DNA of 64,000 bases from Candidatus Fervidibacter sinensis (GTDB lineage: Bacteria; Armatimonadota; Fervidibacteria; Fervidibacterales; Fervidibacteraceae): the NCBI GenBank assembly GCA_032161045.1, contig JAVHTH010000010.1. One strand, written 5' to 3'. Within the stretch, counting starts at the first letter, position 1, and every line of letters begins with the position of its first letter. A model generated the notes under the pieces. That model saw nothing but the letters and a program-made list of their open reading frames with translations. It ran no database searches and was not told where the DNA came from. Below, piece by piece: positions 36,405 through 44,756 of the stretch. The position numbers were made by a program, and so were the translations under genes.

Positions 36405-39400
36405 ATGAGGGAAACAATTCACGCTGTGGTAACTTTGGCTTTGACAGTTGCTGTTTTGATTTTCGCCAACTTCTGTGCGCGAGGTGAGGAAGAAATGGCT
36501 GCGTGGACGGCAAAGTGGATTTGGATTGGCGGAACACGGGATAAGGGACACGGGACGAGTGAGGATGGGTTGCCGAGAAATTTCTACCTTTGTGCCCGCA
36601 AGGTTTTTGATGTGCCAAAGGATTTGCAAGAGGCAATTTTGCGGATAACTGCCGATGCCCGTTATGTGCTTTTCGTCAATGGACAGCGCATTGGCAACGG
36701 TCCAATTCGTGGTTGGCAACATTCGTGGTTTTATGACACCTACGACTTGAAACCCCACTTGCGCCCCGGTGAGCGAAACGCTATCGGCGTTTTGGTTATC
36801 CAACCCGGCGAAACCAACTTCCAATACCCACTCGGTCGTGGTGGGTTGCTGGCGCAGTTGGATATGACCACGAAGCGAGGTCGCAAAATCACCGTCGCCA
36901 CCGACCGAACTTGGAAAGTCACTCCCCATCCCGCTTACGACCGACGGACACCACGAATTTCGTGTCAACAAGGGTTTGTGGAGCATTATGACGGGACGCG
37001 GGACGAGGGACGCGGGACGGAGGATTGGACAATGGCTGAGTTTGACGATAGCAAGTGGCAGAGGGCAGTTGAATTAGGTAAAGTCGGCATCGCACCTTGG
37101 AAAAAGTTAGTGCCACGCAACATACCGTTCTTGACAATGGAGCCAGTTTACCCTGTGCGAATTGTGCGAGTGCGAACGGTTGAGCCCCCAACCATCGTTC
37201 ACAGCATTGACCTTCGTCCCAACCTAAGCCCCGGTGACCGATTGTCCAACCCGCACGGCTTGACAGGCTTGGTGTTGACAGTTGTCCGTGCACCGAAACC
37301 GATGGAGGTTCGCGTGCGCGCTATAGGAGGCATCGGATTTGGTGCCCGCAGGGCAAAGGTCAACGGCGAAGACGCAACTTTTGATGAGCACGGCGCAATT
37401 CTGAAGTTGCGCAAGGGTGACAACTTGGTCGTCTTTGATGTGACGCGGGATTGGTATCACGATTGGTGGTTCACGACGGTTTGGGACGCGGGACGGGGGA
37501 CGAGGGACGGGTTAAAATTTGTCAATCCACTGGGGGAAGGTGAAACGGCGTGGGTGACGGCTGGTCCGTTTACTTCGCGCGATGACGAACTCTTCCAAGC
37601 AGTCTGGAACGCAAAATCTGTCACCGAAATTCGTGCCTTGCAGGCTAAATTCCGCACTCCGCACCCCATACTTCGCACAATCGCACTTGAGCATACTGCT
37701 TCCGACCATGTTTTTGCGAAAGTCGTGCTGGCGAAAGGGACGAAGGACGCGGGACGAGGGACGCGAGTTGAGAACTTGGAAGCGATTTGTCAGCCCAACG
37801 ATGAAGTTGCGGTCATTTATCCGCCACGAAAAGGCGATGTTGAGTTGCTTATTGACTTTGGGCGAGAACTCGTTGGATTTTGGGAATTTGAGGTTGATGC
37901 GCCTGCGGGGACAGTGCTTGATTTTTACGGCTTTGAAGCCATCCATCCAACCGATGACGGCGGTTTTGAAATCCAGCACACTTGGGGCTTGAACAATGTG
38001 ATGCGATACATCGCAAAGGAAGGTTGGCAGCGATACACAAGCATCGTTAGGCGTGGCTTCCGATACCTTGTGCTCACAATTCGGTTTGTAGGGGCGGGTG
38101 ATAACCCACCCGAAACTTACGGGCGGACTTCGTCCGCCCCTACAGGGCTATTTCAAAGGACAGGTGATGACCCGCCCGCAAAAACGGGCGAATTGGCATT
38201 CGCCCCTACGAAGTTGCGTCCCGTCCGCATCAAAACTTTGCGTTGCCTGTTGAACACTTACCCTTACACTGAGCGGGGCGAATTCATGTGCGACGATTGG
38301 AAACTCAACGAGATTTGGCGAATGTGCCGATACACGCTTCGGCTTTGCAGCGAGGACACTTTCGTTGACTGCCCAGCATACGAGCAAACTTTTTGGGTCG
38401 GCGATGCGCGAAACGAGGCACTCATCGCTTACGCGACTTATGGCGGTTACGAACTTGCAAGAAGGTGCTGGCTTTTGGCTGGTCAGTCTCTTTGGCGCTC
38501 GCCGCTTGTTGAAAGTCAAGTCCCAAGCGGTTGGCAAGACATCTTGACTGCATGGGCTTTGCTTTGGGTTTGGGCATGCGAGGAGTATTACCGCTATACA
38601 GGTGACGAGGGATTTTTGCGTGAGGTTTACCCGTTTGTTGCTCAGCAAATGCGCAACATCGCAGAAAAATTCATCCGACCCGACGGCTTATTTGAGATTG
38701 AAGCGTGGAATATGCTGGACTGGGCGCCAATGGACACGCCGCGAAAAGGCGTCGTCACACACCAAAATGCGATTCTCGTTGAAGCCTACAGGCGTGCTGC
38801 GACGATGGCACTTTGGTTGGGCAAGGGTGATGACGCAAAAGAGTTTGAGGCGTTGGCGCAAAAGGTTGAAGATGCAATCAATGAACACCTGTGGGATGAA
38901 CAACGGCAGGCTTTTATTGACGCCATCCACGCTGACGGTCGCCGAAGCCAAGTTTTCAGCGTCCAGACACAAACGATGGTTTACCTTTGCGATGCGGTGA
39001 CTGACGAACGCCGACCAATCATTCGCCAATACCTTTACGACAAGCCAGAAGGGTTCGTTTGGTTTGGAAGTCCGTTTGCGCTTTTCTTCCTGCTTGAAGC
39101 CTACGCAAAAGACGGCGAGTTTCAGCGCATCTTGGACATCATTCGGCGCGAGTGGGGTGCAATGATTGACTACGGCGCGACGACAGCGTGGGAAACTTTG
39201 ACGCCACGAACGAGAAGCCACTGCCACGCGTGGAGCGCAGCACCTGCTTACTTCTTGAGCACTTATGTGCTTGGCGTGAGACCAAAGGGCGTAACACGGG
39301 ACAAGGTGCAAGGGACACGGGTGATGGAATACTTCATTGCGCCAAAGCCTTGCGATTTGAAGTGGGCAAAAGGAAGATTCCCAACACCAAGCGGGACGCG

Positions 39401-39674
39401 GGACGAGGGGCATGGGACGAGAAGAGAAAAAGATTTTGCCGAGCCAAGAGAAATTGAGGTTCGTTGGGAGCGAGATGAGCGAAGGTTTACCCTTTGGTTT
39501 GCGTTGCCTAACGCTGTCAAGGCGGAAATTGTCTTACCACCTATCGTGCCTGAGGGCGCAATCGTTGATGTCAAACTTATCAAGGGCGAAGCGACTAAGC
39601 CGAAGTTTGAAGTTAACCATTGGCGCATCAGTGTGAGTGAAGGAACTCAGGGGAAAGTTGAGGCAAGTTGGTGA
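36405..39674 (+). CDS. GH78-like alpha-L-rhamnosidase family six-hairpin glycosidase carrying multiple in-frame repeat insertions
   Basis: AKWIWIGG N-terminal motif, FVDCPAYEQTFWVGDA and TTAWETL...HCHAWSAAP motifs. ATG at 36405 gives a signal peptide. Confidence 0.7.
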   Translation: MRETIHAVVTLALTVAVLIFANFCARGEEEMAAWTAKWIWIGGTRDKGHGTSEDGLPRNFYLCARKVFDVPKDLQEAILRITADARYVLFVNGQRIGNGPIRGWQHSWFYDTYDLKPHLRPGERNAIGVLVIQPGETNFQYPLGRGGLLAQLDMTTKRGRKITVATDRTWKVTPHPAYDRRTPRISCQQGFVEHYDGTRDEGRGTEDWTMAEFDDSKWQRAVELGKVGIAPWKKLVPRNIPFLTMEPVYPVRIVRVRTVEPPTIVHSIDLRPNLSPGDRLSNPHGLTGLVLTVVRAPKPMEVRVRAIGGIGFGARRAKVNGEDATFDEHGAILKLRKGDNLVVFDVTRDWYHDWWFTTVWDAGRGTRDGLKFVNPLGEGETAWVTAGPFTSRDDELFQAVWNAKSVTEIRALQAKFRTPHPILRTIALEHTASDHVFAKVVLAKGTKDAGRGTRVENLEAICQPNDEVAVIYPPRKGDVELLIDFGRELVGFWEFEVDAPAGTVLDFYGFEAIHPTDDGGFEIQHTWGLNNVMRYIAKEGWQRYTSIVRRGFRYLVLTIRFVGAGDNPPETYGRTSSAPTGLFQRTGDDPPAKTGELAFAPTKLRPVRIKTLRCLLNTYPYTERGEFMCDDWKLNEIWRMCRYTLRLCSEDTFVDCPAYEQTFWVGDARNEALIAYATYGGYELARRCWLLAGQSLWRSPLVESQVPSGWQDILTAWALLWVWACEEYYRYTGDEGFLREVYPFVAQQMRNIAEKFIRPDGLFEIEAWNMLDWAPMDTPRKGVVTHQNAILVEAYRRAATMALWLGKGDDAKEFEALAQKVEDAINEHLWDEQRQAFIDAIHADGRRSQVFSVQTQTMVYLCDAVTDERRPIIRQYLYDKPEGFVWFGSPFALFFLLEAYAKDGEFQRILDIIRREWGAMIDYGATTAWETLTPRTRSHCHAWSAAPAYFLSTYVLGVRPKGVTRDKVQGTRVMEYFIAPKPCDLKWAKGRFPTPSGTRDEGHGTRREKDFAEPREIEVRWERDERRFTLWFALPNAVKAEIVLPPIVPEGAIVDVKLIKGEATKPKFEVNHWRISVSEGTQGKVEASW
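36534..36558 (+). repeat. Decayed GGGACGN-heptad module (in register)
   Basis: GGAACAC GGGATAA GGGACAC GGGACGA. Translated GTRDKGHGTS. Confidence 0.6.
36993..37020 (+). repeat. Perfect (GGGACGN)4 module
   Basis: GGGACGC GGGACGA GGGACGC GGGACGG. Translated GTRDEGRGT. Confidence 0.9.
37483..37511 (+). repeat. Perfect (GGGACGN)4 module
   Basis: GGGACGC GGGACGG GGGACGA GGGACGG. Translated DAGRGTRDG. Confidence 0.9.
37737..37765 (+). repeat. (GGGACGN)4 module with one G-to-A change
   Basis: GGGACGA AGGACGC GGGACGA GGGACGC. Translated GTKDAGRGTR. Confidence 0.85.
38088..38209 (+). repeat. GTAG-headed REPIN-like element(s) lying in frame inside the GH78-like CDS
   Basis: GTAGGGGCGGGTG...GGGCGGAC-TTC-GTCCGCCCCTAC (38088-38143), then ...CGCCCG-caaaaa-CGGGCG and GGGCGAAT-TGGC-ATTCGCCCCTAC (to 38209). 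Translated FVGAGDNPPETYGRTSSAPTGLFQRTGDDPPAKTGELAFAPT. Confidence 0.8.
39298..39325 (+). repeat. Decayed GGGACGN-heptad module (in register)
   Basis: GGGACAA GGTGCAA GGGACAC GGGTGAT. Translated TRDKVQGTRV. Confidence 0.55.
39393..39419 (+). repeat. (GGGACGN)4 module with one altered unit
   Basis: GGGACGC GGGACGA GGGGCAT GGGACGA. Translated GTRDEGHGTR. Confidence 0.85.
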
Positions 39675-39685
39675 TGCAAGTATTC

Positions 39686-39709
39686 GGAGGGCTCGGCTCC
39701 TGCCGAGCC
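39686..39709 (+). repeat. Family-C element GGAGGGCTCGGCTCCTGCCGAGCC
   Basis: Starts 12 nt after the GH78-like stop codon. Confidence 0.7.
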
Positions 39710-39724
39710 GAAAATTGTTGTTTC

Positions 39725-39910
39725 GTAGGGTCGGGCTGCTGTCTGACCGAAAAAATTGGCTGAATGTAGGGCGCGGTTTTACACCGCGCCGAAAAATTTG
39801 TCGGCAGGGTATAAAACCCTGCCCTACAAGGGAAATTTGGCTCAATGTAGGGCGCGGTTTCACACCGCGCCGAAAAAATTTTGTCGGCAGGGTATAAAAT
39901 CCTGCCCTAC
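39725..39910 (+). repeat. Array of variant REPIN units (family A2), 81-nt period
   Basis: Full units at 39766-39827 and 39847-39910: GTAG+GGCGCGGT-loop-ACCGCGCC, linker GAAAAATTTGTC, GGCAGGGT-ATAAA-ACCCTGCC+CTAC. Partial unit at 39725-39765. Confidence 0.8.
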
Positions 39911-39967
39911 AGGTGACGGTTAAGGCGGAGGTTCCTGCAAGCGATTTTGACCCTACTGCGCTAACCT

Positions 39968-42900
39968 TTGAGATGTATGAAGGCAGGCGAAACCCCTATG
40001 GTGCGAACGGGCGCTGTTTCCATAGGCGAAAAGTTTGAACCTGCAATAGCGTTGAAACGGGCAATTCACTTGGTTGCGTGGCAGCGAAGAATTTGGACTG
40101 CAATCGCTGTTTTGTCCTTGCTTGTGGCGTCGGTCACAATAACCGTGCTCGCGTTTATCGCATTATCCGCTATCGCTGACCGCATCGCACCTGCAGTGCT
40201 AATTTGGCTCTTCTGGCTCATTCTAAGTCTTGGCGCGACAGCAGTGATTGCTGTTGGGGTCATGGGAGTCCGTTGGCTTGCTCAGGATAGGTTCTCAAAA
40301 GTCGTGATTTGTGTTGACCAAAAGTTGGGCGGTGATGCAATCCGAAACGCTTTGGATTTGGCGAAGTTGAGAGAGGACGAAAAGTTCGTTTCAACGCAAT
40401 TTGCTCGCGTTGCTATCTACCGAGCATGGAAACTTTGGCAAGATGCGAGCCAAAACGGCTTGGCGAATGAACTCATCGCGCACCACAAGCAAAGGGCACA
40501 AGCAACTTTGGCGATCGCATTGCCAATTTTGCTCTTGACACTTCTAATCGCTCACGCTATCGGTTTCTCGTTCACATCCTTGACAGAAATTTACCGAAAC
40601 GCCAAAGCGGTTTTGGCTTTTGAACGAGACGGTCAATTGCGGTTGGTTGTGGAAGACGAAGACAAAGTCGTGCTGAAGGGCACTGTTGTCCCTGTTCGCG
40701 TTCGTGCGTCTTGTCGCGGCTTGCGATTGCCCGAGAACTTAACGGTTTGGCTTTTGTGGAAAACGGGCGACCGAAGTGAGCAGGTTCAGATGCAAAGGCT
40801 TGACAATGATGAATTCTCAGCGGAGTTGACTGTCACAGAAAGCGGAACGCTTCAAGCCTTCAGCGGGAAAGTGAAAAGCAACTTAGTCCATTTGCAAGCG
40901 GTCAATCCACCGCAAGTTGCCGAATGGCTCATCACCGTTGAACCGCCAACATACACAAACTTGCCACCAGAAACTTTCGTGACATCTCAGTGGCAGCATT
41001 TGACCGTTTTAAAGGGCAGCAAAGTCACGATTTCGGCAACAGTGACCGAAAACCTTCGCGACGCCAAATGCGAATTTTCCAATGCCAAGTCGCAAACTCC
41101 AAACGCTCTTTCCCTTTCCGACGAACGCACTGTTCAGTGGTCGGCGACTGTCTTGACACCTGTTCGCATGAAATGGCGCTTTGTTGACAGGTTTGGGTTT
41201 GTGGGTGAAACGAGTTGGTTGAGCATCAATGTTCAAACTGACAAACCGCCGAAAGTTTCAGTGATTGCGGGCTTGAACCCAGCAATGGCGGGCGGGTTCG
41301 TCCCATTGACGATTCGTGCAGAAGATGATTTCGGAATCAGCGAGTTGACAATGCAGTTCGGCTTGGGCGATGAGAAAAAGCAGCCTTCCGAAATTCGCTC
41401 TGTTCCGCTGAGTTTTGCTCCATCGCTGCAAGTTGAGCAAACATTGGCTTTGCCAATTCCCGTTGACGCTGCTGGCAAGGTTTTGTGGGTGCGGGCAATT
41501 GCGAAAGACAACGATGCTGTCTCTGGTGCAAAAGTTTCAAGTTCGCAATGGTTGCTCGTTCGCATTCGCGAGCCAGAAGAGTTGGTCGGGACTTTACAAG
41601 ATTGGTTGGGACGGTTGAAGGCGTGGGAAAGTTGGCTGCAAAAGGGCGAATGGACAAAGACTCAACAGGAACTTGCAAAGTGGTTGCAGCGATGGCAGGA
41701 AATTCTTCAACAAGCCCAATGGTCGGAAACCCCAATCACTCACCAATGGCTTGCCGAATGGTTGTCGCATTGGCAAGAGCATTTGCAGCGAAAAGATTTG
41801 GAGGGTGCATTGCAAGAACTTTGGCAGATGCAAAGGGCAATAGAACGAGCGTTGGCTGAGCAGAAATTGGCTGAGTTGGCGCAGGAAATTTCCGCATTGC
41901 GTGCGCAACAGGAAGCCATTTACGATGCCTTGCGTCGTCACGCCCGTCCATCTTCATTGGCATCTGCCCAGAAACAACTCACTGAGCGGACGAAAGAGTT
42001 TATCAGCGAGTTGAACAAGGAAGCGGAGCGATGGGAAAGTTTGGACGAACCGACAGTCGCTTTTGCGCTTCAGGATGCGGCAAGGATTTTGGAACGGCGA
42101 CCGACAGAGCGGGCGATGCTGCAAGCAAGAGACGCGATGGAACAAGACTTGCGCGAAATGGCGTTGCTGCGAACCCACGAAGCCTTGACAGATTTGCGAG
42201 AGGCAGAAGAGACGCTCAGTTCACCAACTCAGAACCCACTTGCTCAACTTTACCGACGGGAACGAAATTTGCTTGCTCAATTGCTTGAGCAAACTGAACG
42301 ACTTCGCCGCGACCAATCTTCCTTGCGACAAGAAACTGAAAAGTCATTGCCCACTTTTCGCTCAGATACTGCTCAATCCACTTTACCGAGTTTTCAACTT
42401 CCCAACATCATCGCTCCGCCGCCACCGCCTTCATGGAGCGAAGTTGAGAAATTGTCAACGGGGCAGAATCTAACTCAACAACCTGTTCGGCAGCAAAGTT
42501 TGGTTGAGAGGCAAAGTCAGTTGAAGCAGCGAGCCGAACAAATGCAGCGACCTTTGCGGGAGGCGATGAAAGCCGTTCCGCAACTTTCACCTGAGGCTCT
42601 TCATAGCCTTCAGGATGCCGTTAATCAGATGTCCGAAGCAGCAAAATTGCTTCAACAACTGTCAAGTTACCCAAACGCCGCTCGCCACCAGCGCCACGCT
42701 GAAACCGCTCTGCAGCGCTTGGCTGAAATTTTGCGGGAAGCGTTAATGGTGGAACATGGAACTGCAACGCAAAGGGTGGGCGCTGGCGAAAATGAAGCAA
42801 TGGCGTTAGCACAACGGCAGGCTCAGTTACTTCAAGAAACTCAAAGGCTGCACCAACAACAGCGACAAGGGAGAACCCCATCGCCGATGCGTTTGAGGCA

Positions 42901-43393
42901 GTTAGGTGCGGAGGAAGGCTCAATCCGTGACGCCTTGAGCCGTATTGAAGGCTTCTTCGGGGATGCTTTGATGCCCGAGTTACGACAAAGGGTGCAGCAA
43001 TCGTCGCAGCATTTGCGTTGGCTTGAACGGAATTTGCCCGAAGGGAAATTGGGCAACGATGCGCAGCAACGCCAGCGTGAGGTTTTGGAGACGCTTCTTG
43101 AACTTGCTCGGATTTTGAGCGGTCAACAGGGCAGTCAAAAAGGTCAGCAACAAGTTCGTCAAGGTCAAACCCCGTCACAGCCTGACATCAATTGGGGAAG
43201 GTTCGTTGAGCATGGACCGCCGATGCGTCAAGTTCCCGAAGCGCTGCAAGGTGCAAAAGGAGGCGCTTCTTTTGTTGAACCTTCTTCCAAAAGCACCAAT
43301 GCCCCCATGCCCCTTCAAATGACTGTCCCCCGCACCCCAATCCTTCCCGCCTACCGAGAGGCGATTCAAAATTATCATCGCCAAATCCGTTGA
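39968..43393 (+). CDS. Large membrane-anchored, Q/L/E-rich coiled-coil protein of unknown function
   Basis: N-terminal paired hydrophobic helices, central Ig-like segments, long heptad-rich Q/E/R region. Family not confidently recognised. Start uncertain. Confidence 0.5.
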   Translation: MRCMKAGETPMVRTGAVSIGEKFEPAIALKRAIHLVAWQRRIWTAIAVLSLLVASVTITVLAFIALSAIADRIAPAVLIWLFWLILSLGATAVIAVGVMGVRWLAQDRFSKVVICVDQKLGGDAIRNALDLAKLREDEKFVSTQFARVAIYRAWKLWQDASQNGLANELIAHHKQRAQATLAIALPILLLTLLIAHAIGFSFTSLTEIYRNAKAVLAFERDGQLRLVVEDEDKVVLKGTVVPVRVRASCRGLRLPENLTVWLLWKTGDRSEQVQMQRLDNDEFSAELTVTESGTLQAFSGKVKSNLVHLQAVNPPQVAEWLITVEPPTYTNLPPETFVTSQWQHLTVLKGSKVTISATVTENLRDAKCEFSNAKSQTPNALSLSDERTVQWSATVLTPVRMKWRFVDRFGFVGETSWLSINVQTDKPPKVSVIAGLNPAMAGGFVPLTIRAEDDFGISELTMQFGLGDEKKQPSEIRSVPLSFAPSLQVEQTLALPIPVDAAGKVLWVRAIAKDNDAVSGAKVSSSQWLLVRIREPEELVGTLQDWLGRLKAWESWLQKGEWTKTQQELAKWLQRWQEILQQAQWSETPITHQWLAEWLSHWQEHLQRKDLEGALQELWQMQRAIERALAEQKLAELAQEISALRAQQEAIYDALRRHARPSSLASAQKQLTERTKEFISELNKEAERWESLDEPTVAFALQDAARILERRPTERAMLQARDAMEQDLREMALLRTHEALTDLREAEETLSSPTQNPLAQLYRRERNLLAQLLEQTERLRRDQSSLRQETEKSLPTFRSDTAQSTLPSFQLPNIIAPPPPPSWSEVEKLSTGQNLTQQPVRQQSLVERQSQLKQRAEQMQRPLREAMKAVPQLSPEALHSLQDAVNQMSEAAKLLQQLSSYPNAARHQRHAETALQRLAEILREALMVEHGTATQRVGAGENEAMALAQRQAQLLQETQRLHQQQRQGRTPSPMRLRQLGAEEGSIRDALSRIEGFFGDALMPELRQRVQQSSQHLRWLERNLPEGKLGNDAQQRQREVLETLLELARILSGQQGSQKGQQQVRQGQTPSQPDINWGRFVEHGPPMRQVPEALQGAKGGASFVEPSSKSTNAPMPLQMTVPRTPILPAYREAIQNYHRQIR

Positions 43394-43487
43394 CGAAGTT
43401 GAGTTGGGGACATAAAGAAGCCGACATCTGCATGGCTATTTTGTCGCAAAATTTTTGATTGATACCCGACTACGGAGGATGTCACTG

Positions 43488-44651
43488 ATGCTGGAAGTCA
43501 GAAACCTGAGCATTAGGTTGGGCGAATTTGATTTGCGTGACATCTCGTTTGAGGTGCAAGATGGCGAATATTTCGTTTTGCTCGGACCGACAGGCACGGG
43601 CAAAACGGTTTTGATTGAGTGCATCGCTGGTTTACATCGCCCACGCACGGGGCGAATTATCCTTAATGGGCGCGATGTAACCAACTTACCACCAGAAGGG
43701 CGGGGCATCGCTTATGTGCCGCAAGATTATGCCCTTTTCCCGAACTTGACAGCCTTTGAGAACATCGCTTTCGGCTTGCGAGTTCGTAAATTGCCCAATG
43801 AGAAAGTTCGGGCAAAAGTTTTAGAACTTGCCGAATGGCTCGGCATCACTTACTTGCTTGACAGGTTACCTTTGACGCTCAGCGGTGGAGAGAAGCAGCG
43901 AGTTGCACTGGCACGAGCGCTGGCTGTTGAGCCGCAAATTTTGCTCCTTGATGAACCCCTTGCAGCCGTTGACGAGCAAACTCGTGATCGGCTTTGCCGA
44001 GAACTCAAAACCATTCAGCGACAAACTGGCGCAACTTTCTTGCATGTCTCCCACAACTTTGAAGAAACGCTGGCGGTCGCCGACCGAATAGGTGTGATGA
44101 ATTTCACGGAAGAGACGGAAAACAAGGGAAGCGGGTCAAAGTTGAGGGTTGGAAGGATGTTGCAGGTTGGAACGCCTGAAGAAATTTTCTACCGACCCGC
44201 AAACGAGTTTGTGGCTCGCTTTACGCGAGCGGAGAACATTTGGCGAGGCGAAGTGAAAGGACAAACTTCCGAATGGGTTCAAGTTTGGCTTAACGGTGCT
44301 GTGCTTTGGGTTCAAGTGCCAGAGGGACAACAAGTGCTCAAAAGCGAAGTGACCATCGTCGTGAGACCTGAACGAGTGCGCTTGTTGCCGACAAAGACGC
44401 ATCCGAGTGAGCAAATGAACTTGCTACACGGTGAAGTCATTGCAATGACGGACAAGGGAGCGATGTGGCGAGTTGAAGTTGCAACGGAAATCGGTGTCAA
44501 TGTGGTTGCTTTGCTTTCAAAGCGAGAAGCCGAACAAATTGGCTTGGTGCTGGGGCAATCTGTCGCCGTCGTTTTAGAACCATCCTTCATTCACCTTTGC
44601 CCGACAACTGAGGGAACTTTTGCTCAAACTGTGGGCGTTGCAAGCGAGTAG
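43488..44651 (+). CDS. ABC transporter ATP-binding protein with a TOBE-like C-terminal domain (CysA/ModC/PotA type)
   Basis: Walker A GPTGTGKT, signature LSGGEKQRV, Walker B LLLDEP, H-loop VSHN. No permease gene adjacent. Confidence 0.85.
   Translation: MLEVRNLSIRLGEFDLRDISFEVQDGEYFVLLGPTGTGKTVLIECIAGLHRPRTGRIILNGRDVTNLPPEGRGIAYVPQDYALFPNLTAFENIAFGLRVRKLPNEKVRAKVLELAEWLGITYLLDRLPLTLSGGEKQRVALARALAVEPQILLLDEPLAAVDEQTRDRLCRELKTIQRQTGATFLHVSHNFEETLAVADRIGVMNFTEETENKGSGSKLRVGRMLQVGTPEEIFYRPANEFVARFTRAENIWRGEVKGQTSEWVQVWLNGAVLWVQVPEGQQVLKSEVTIVVRPERVRLLPTKTHPSEQMNLLHGEVIAMTDKGAMWRVEVATEIGVNVVALLSKREAEQIGLVLGQSVAVVLEPSFIHLCPTTEGTFAQTVGVASE
44103..44150 (+). repeat. 48-nt insertion in the ABC ATPase containing a decayed GGGACGN module
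   Basis: GAGACGG AAAACAA GGGAAGC GGGTCAA matches a perfect module at 20/29 positions, and seven of the nine mismatches are G-to-A. It encodes FTEETENKGSGSKLRV between ...DRIGVMN and GRMLQVGTPEEI. Confidence 0.5.
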
Positions 44652-44736
44652 GGACGCATAATGCGCCCATAGTGAAATGAGCCGTGAGAAAATGCGTTTT
44701 GAAAAATTCGCGGGCAGGTTAATGCCTGCCCCCTAC
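44648..44736 (+). repeat. REPIN-like unit with a long spacer; its GTAG overlaps the ABC gene stop codon
   Basis: GTAG+GGACGCA-TAA-TGCGCCC at 44648 and GGGCAGG-TTAATG-CCTGCCC+CCTAC ending at 44736. Confidence 0.7.
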
Positions 44737-44756
44737 AGTTTGAAGGTGTATTGGTC

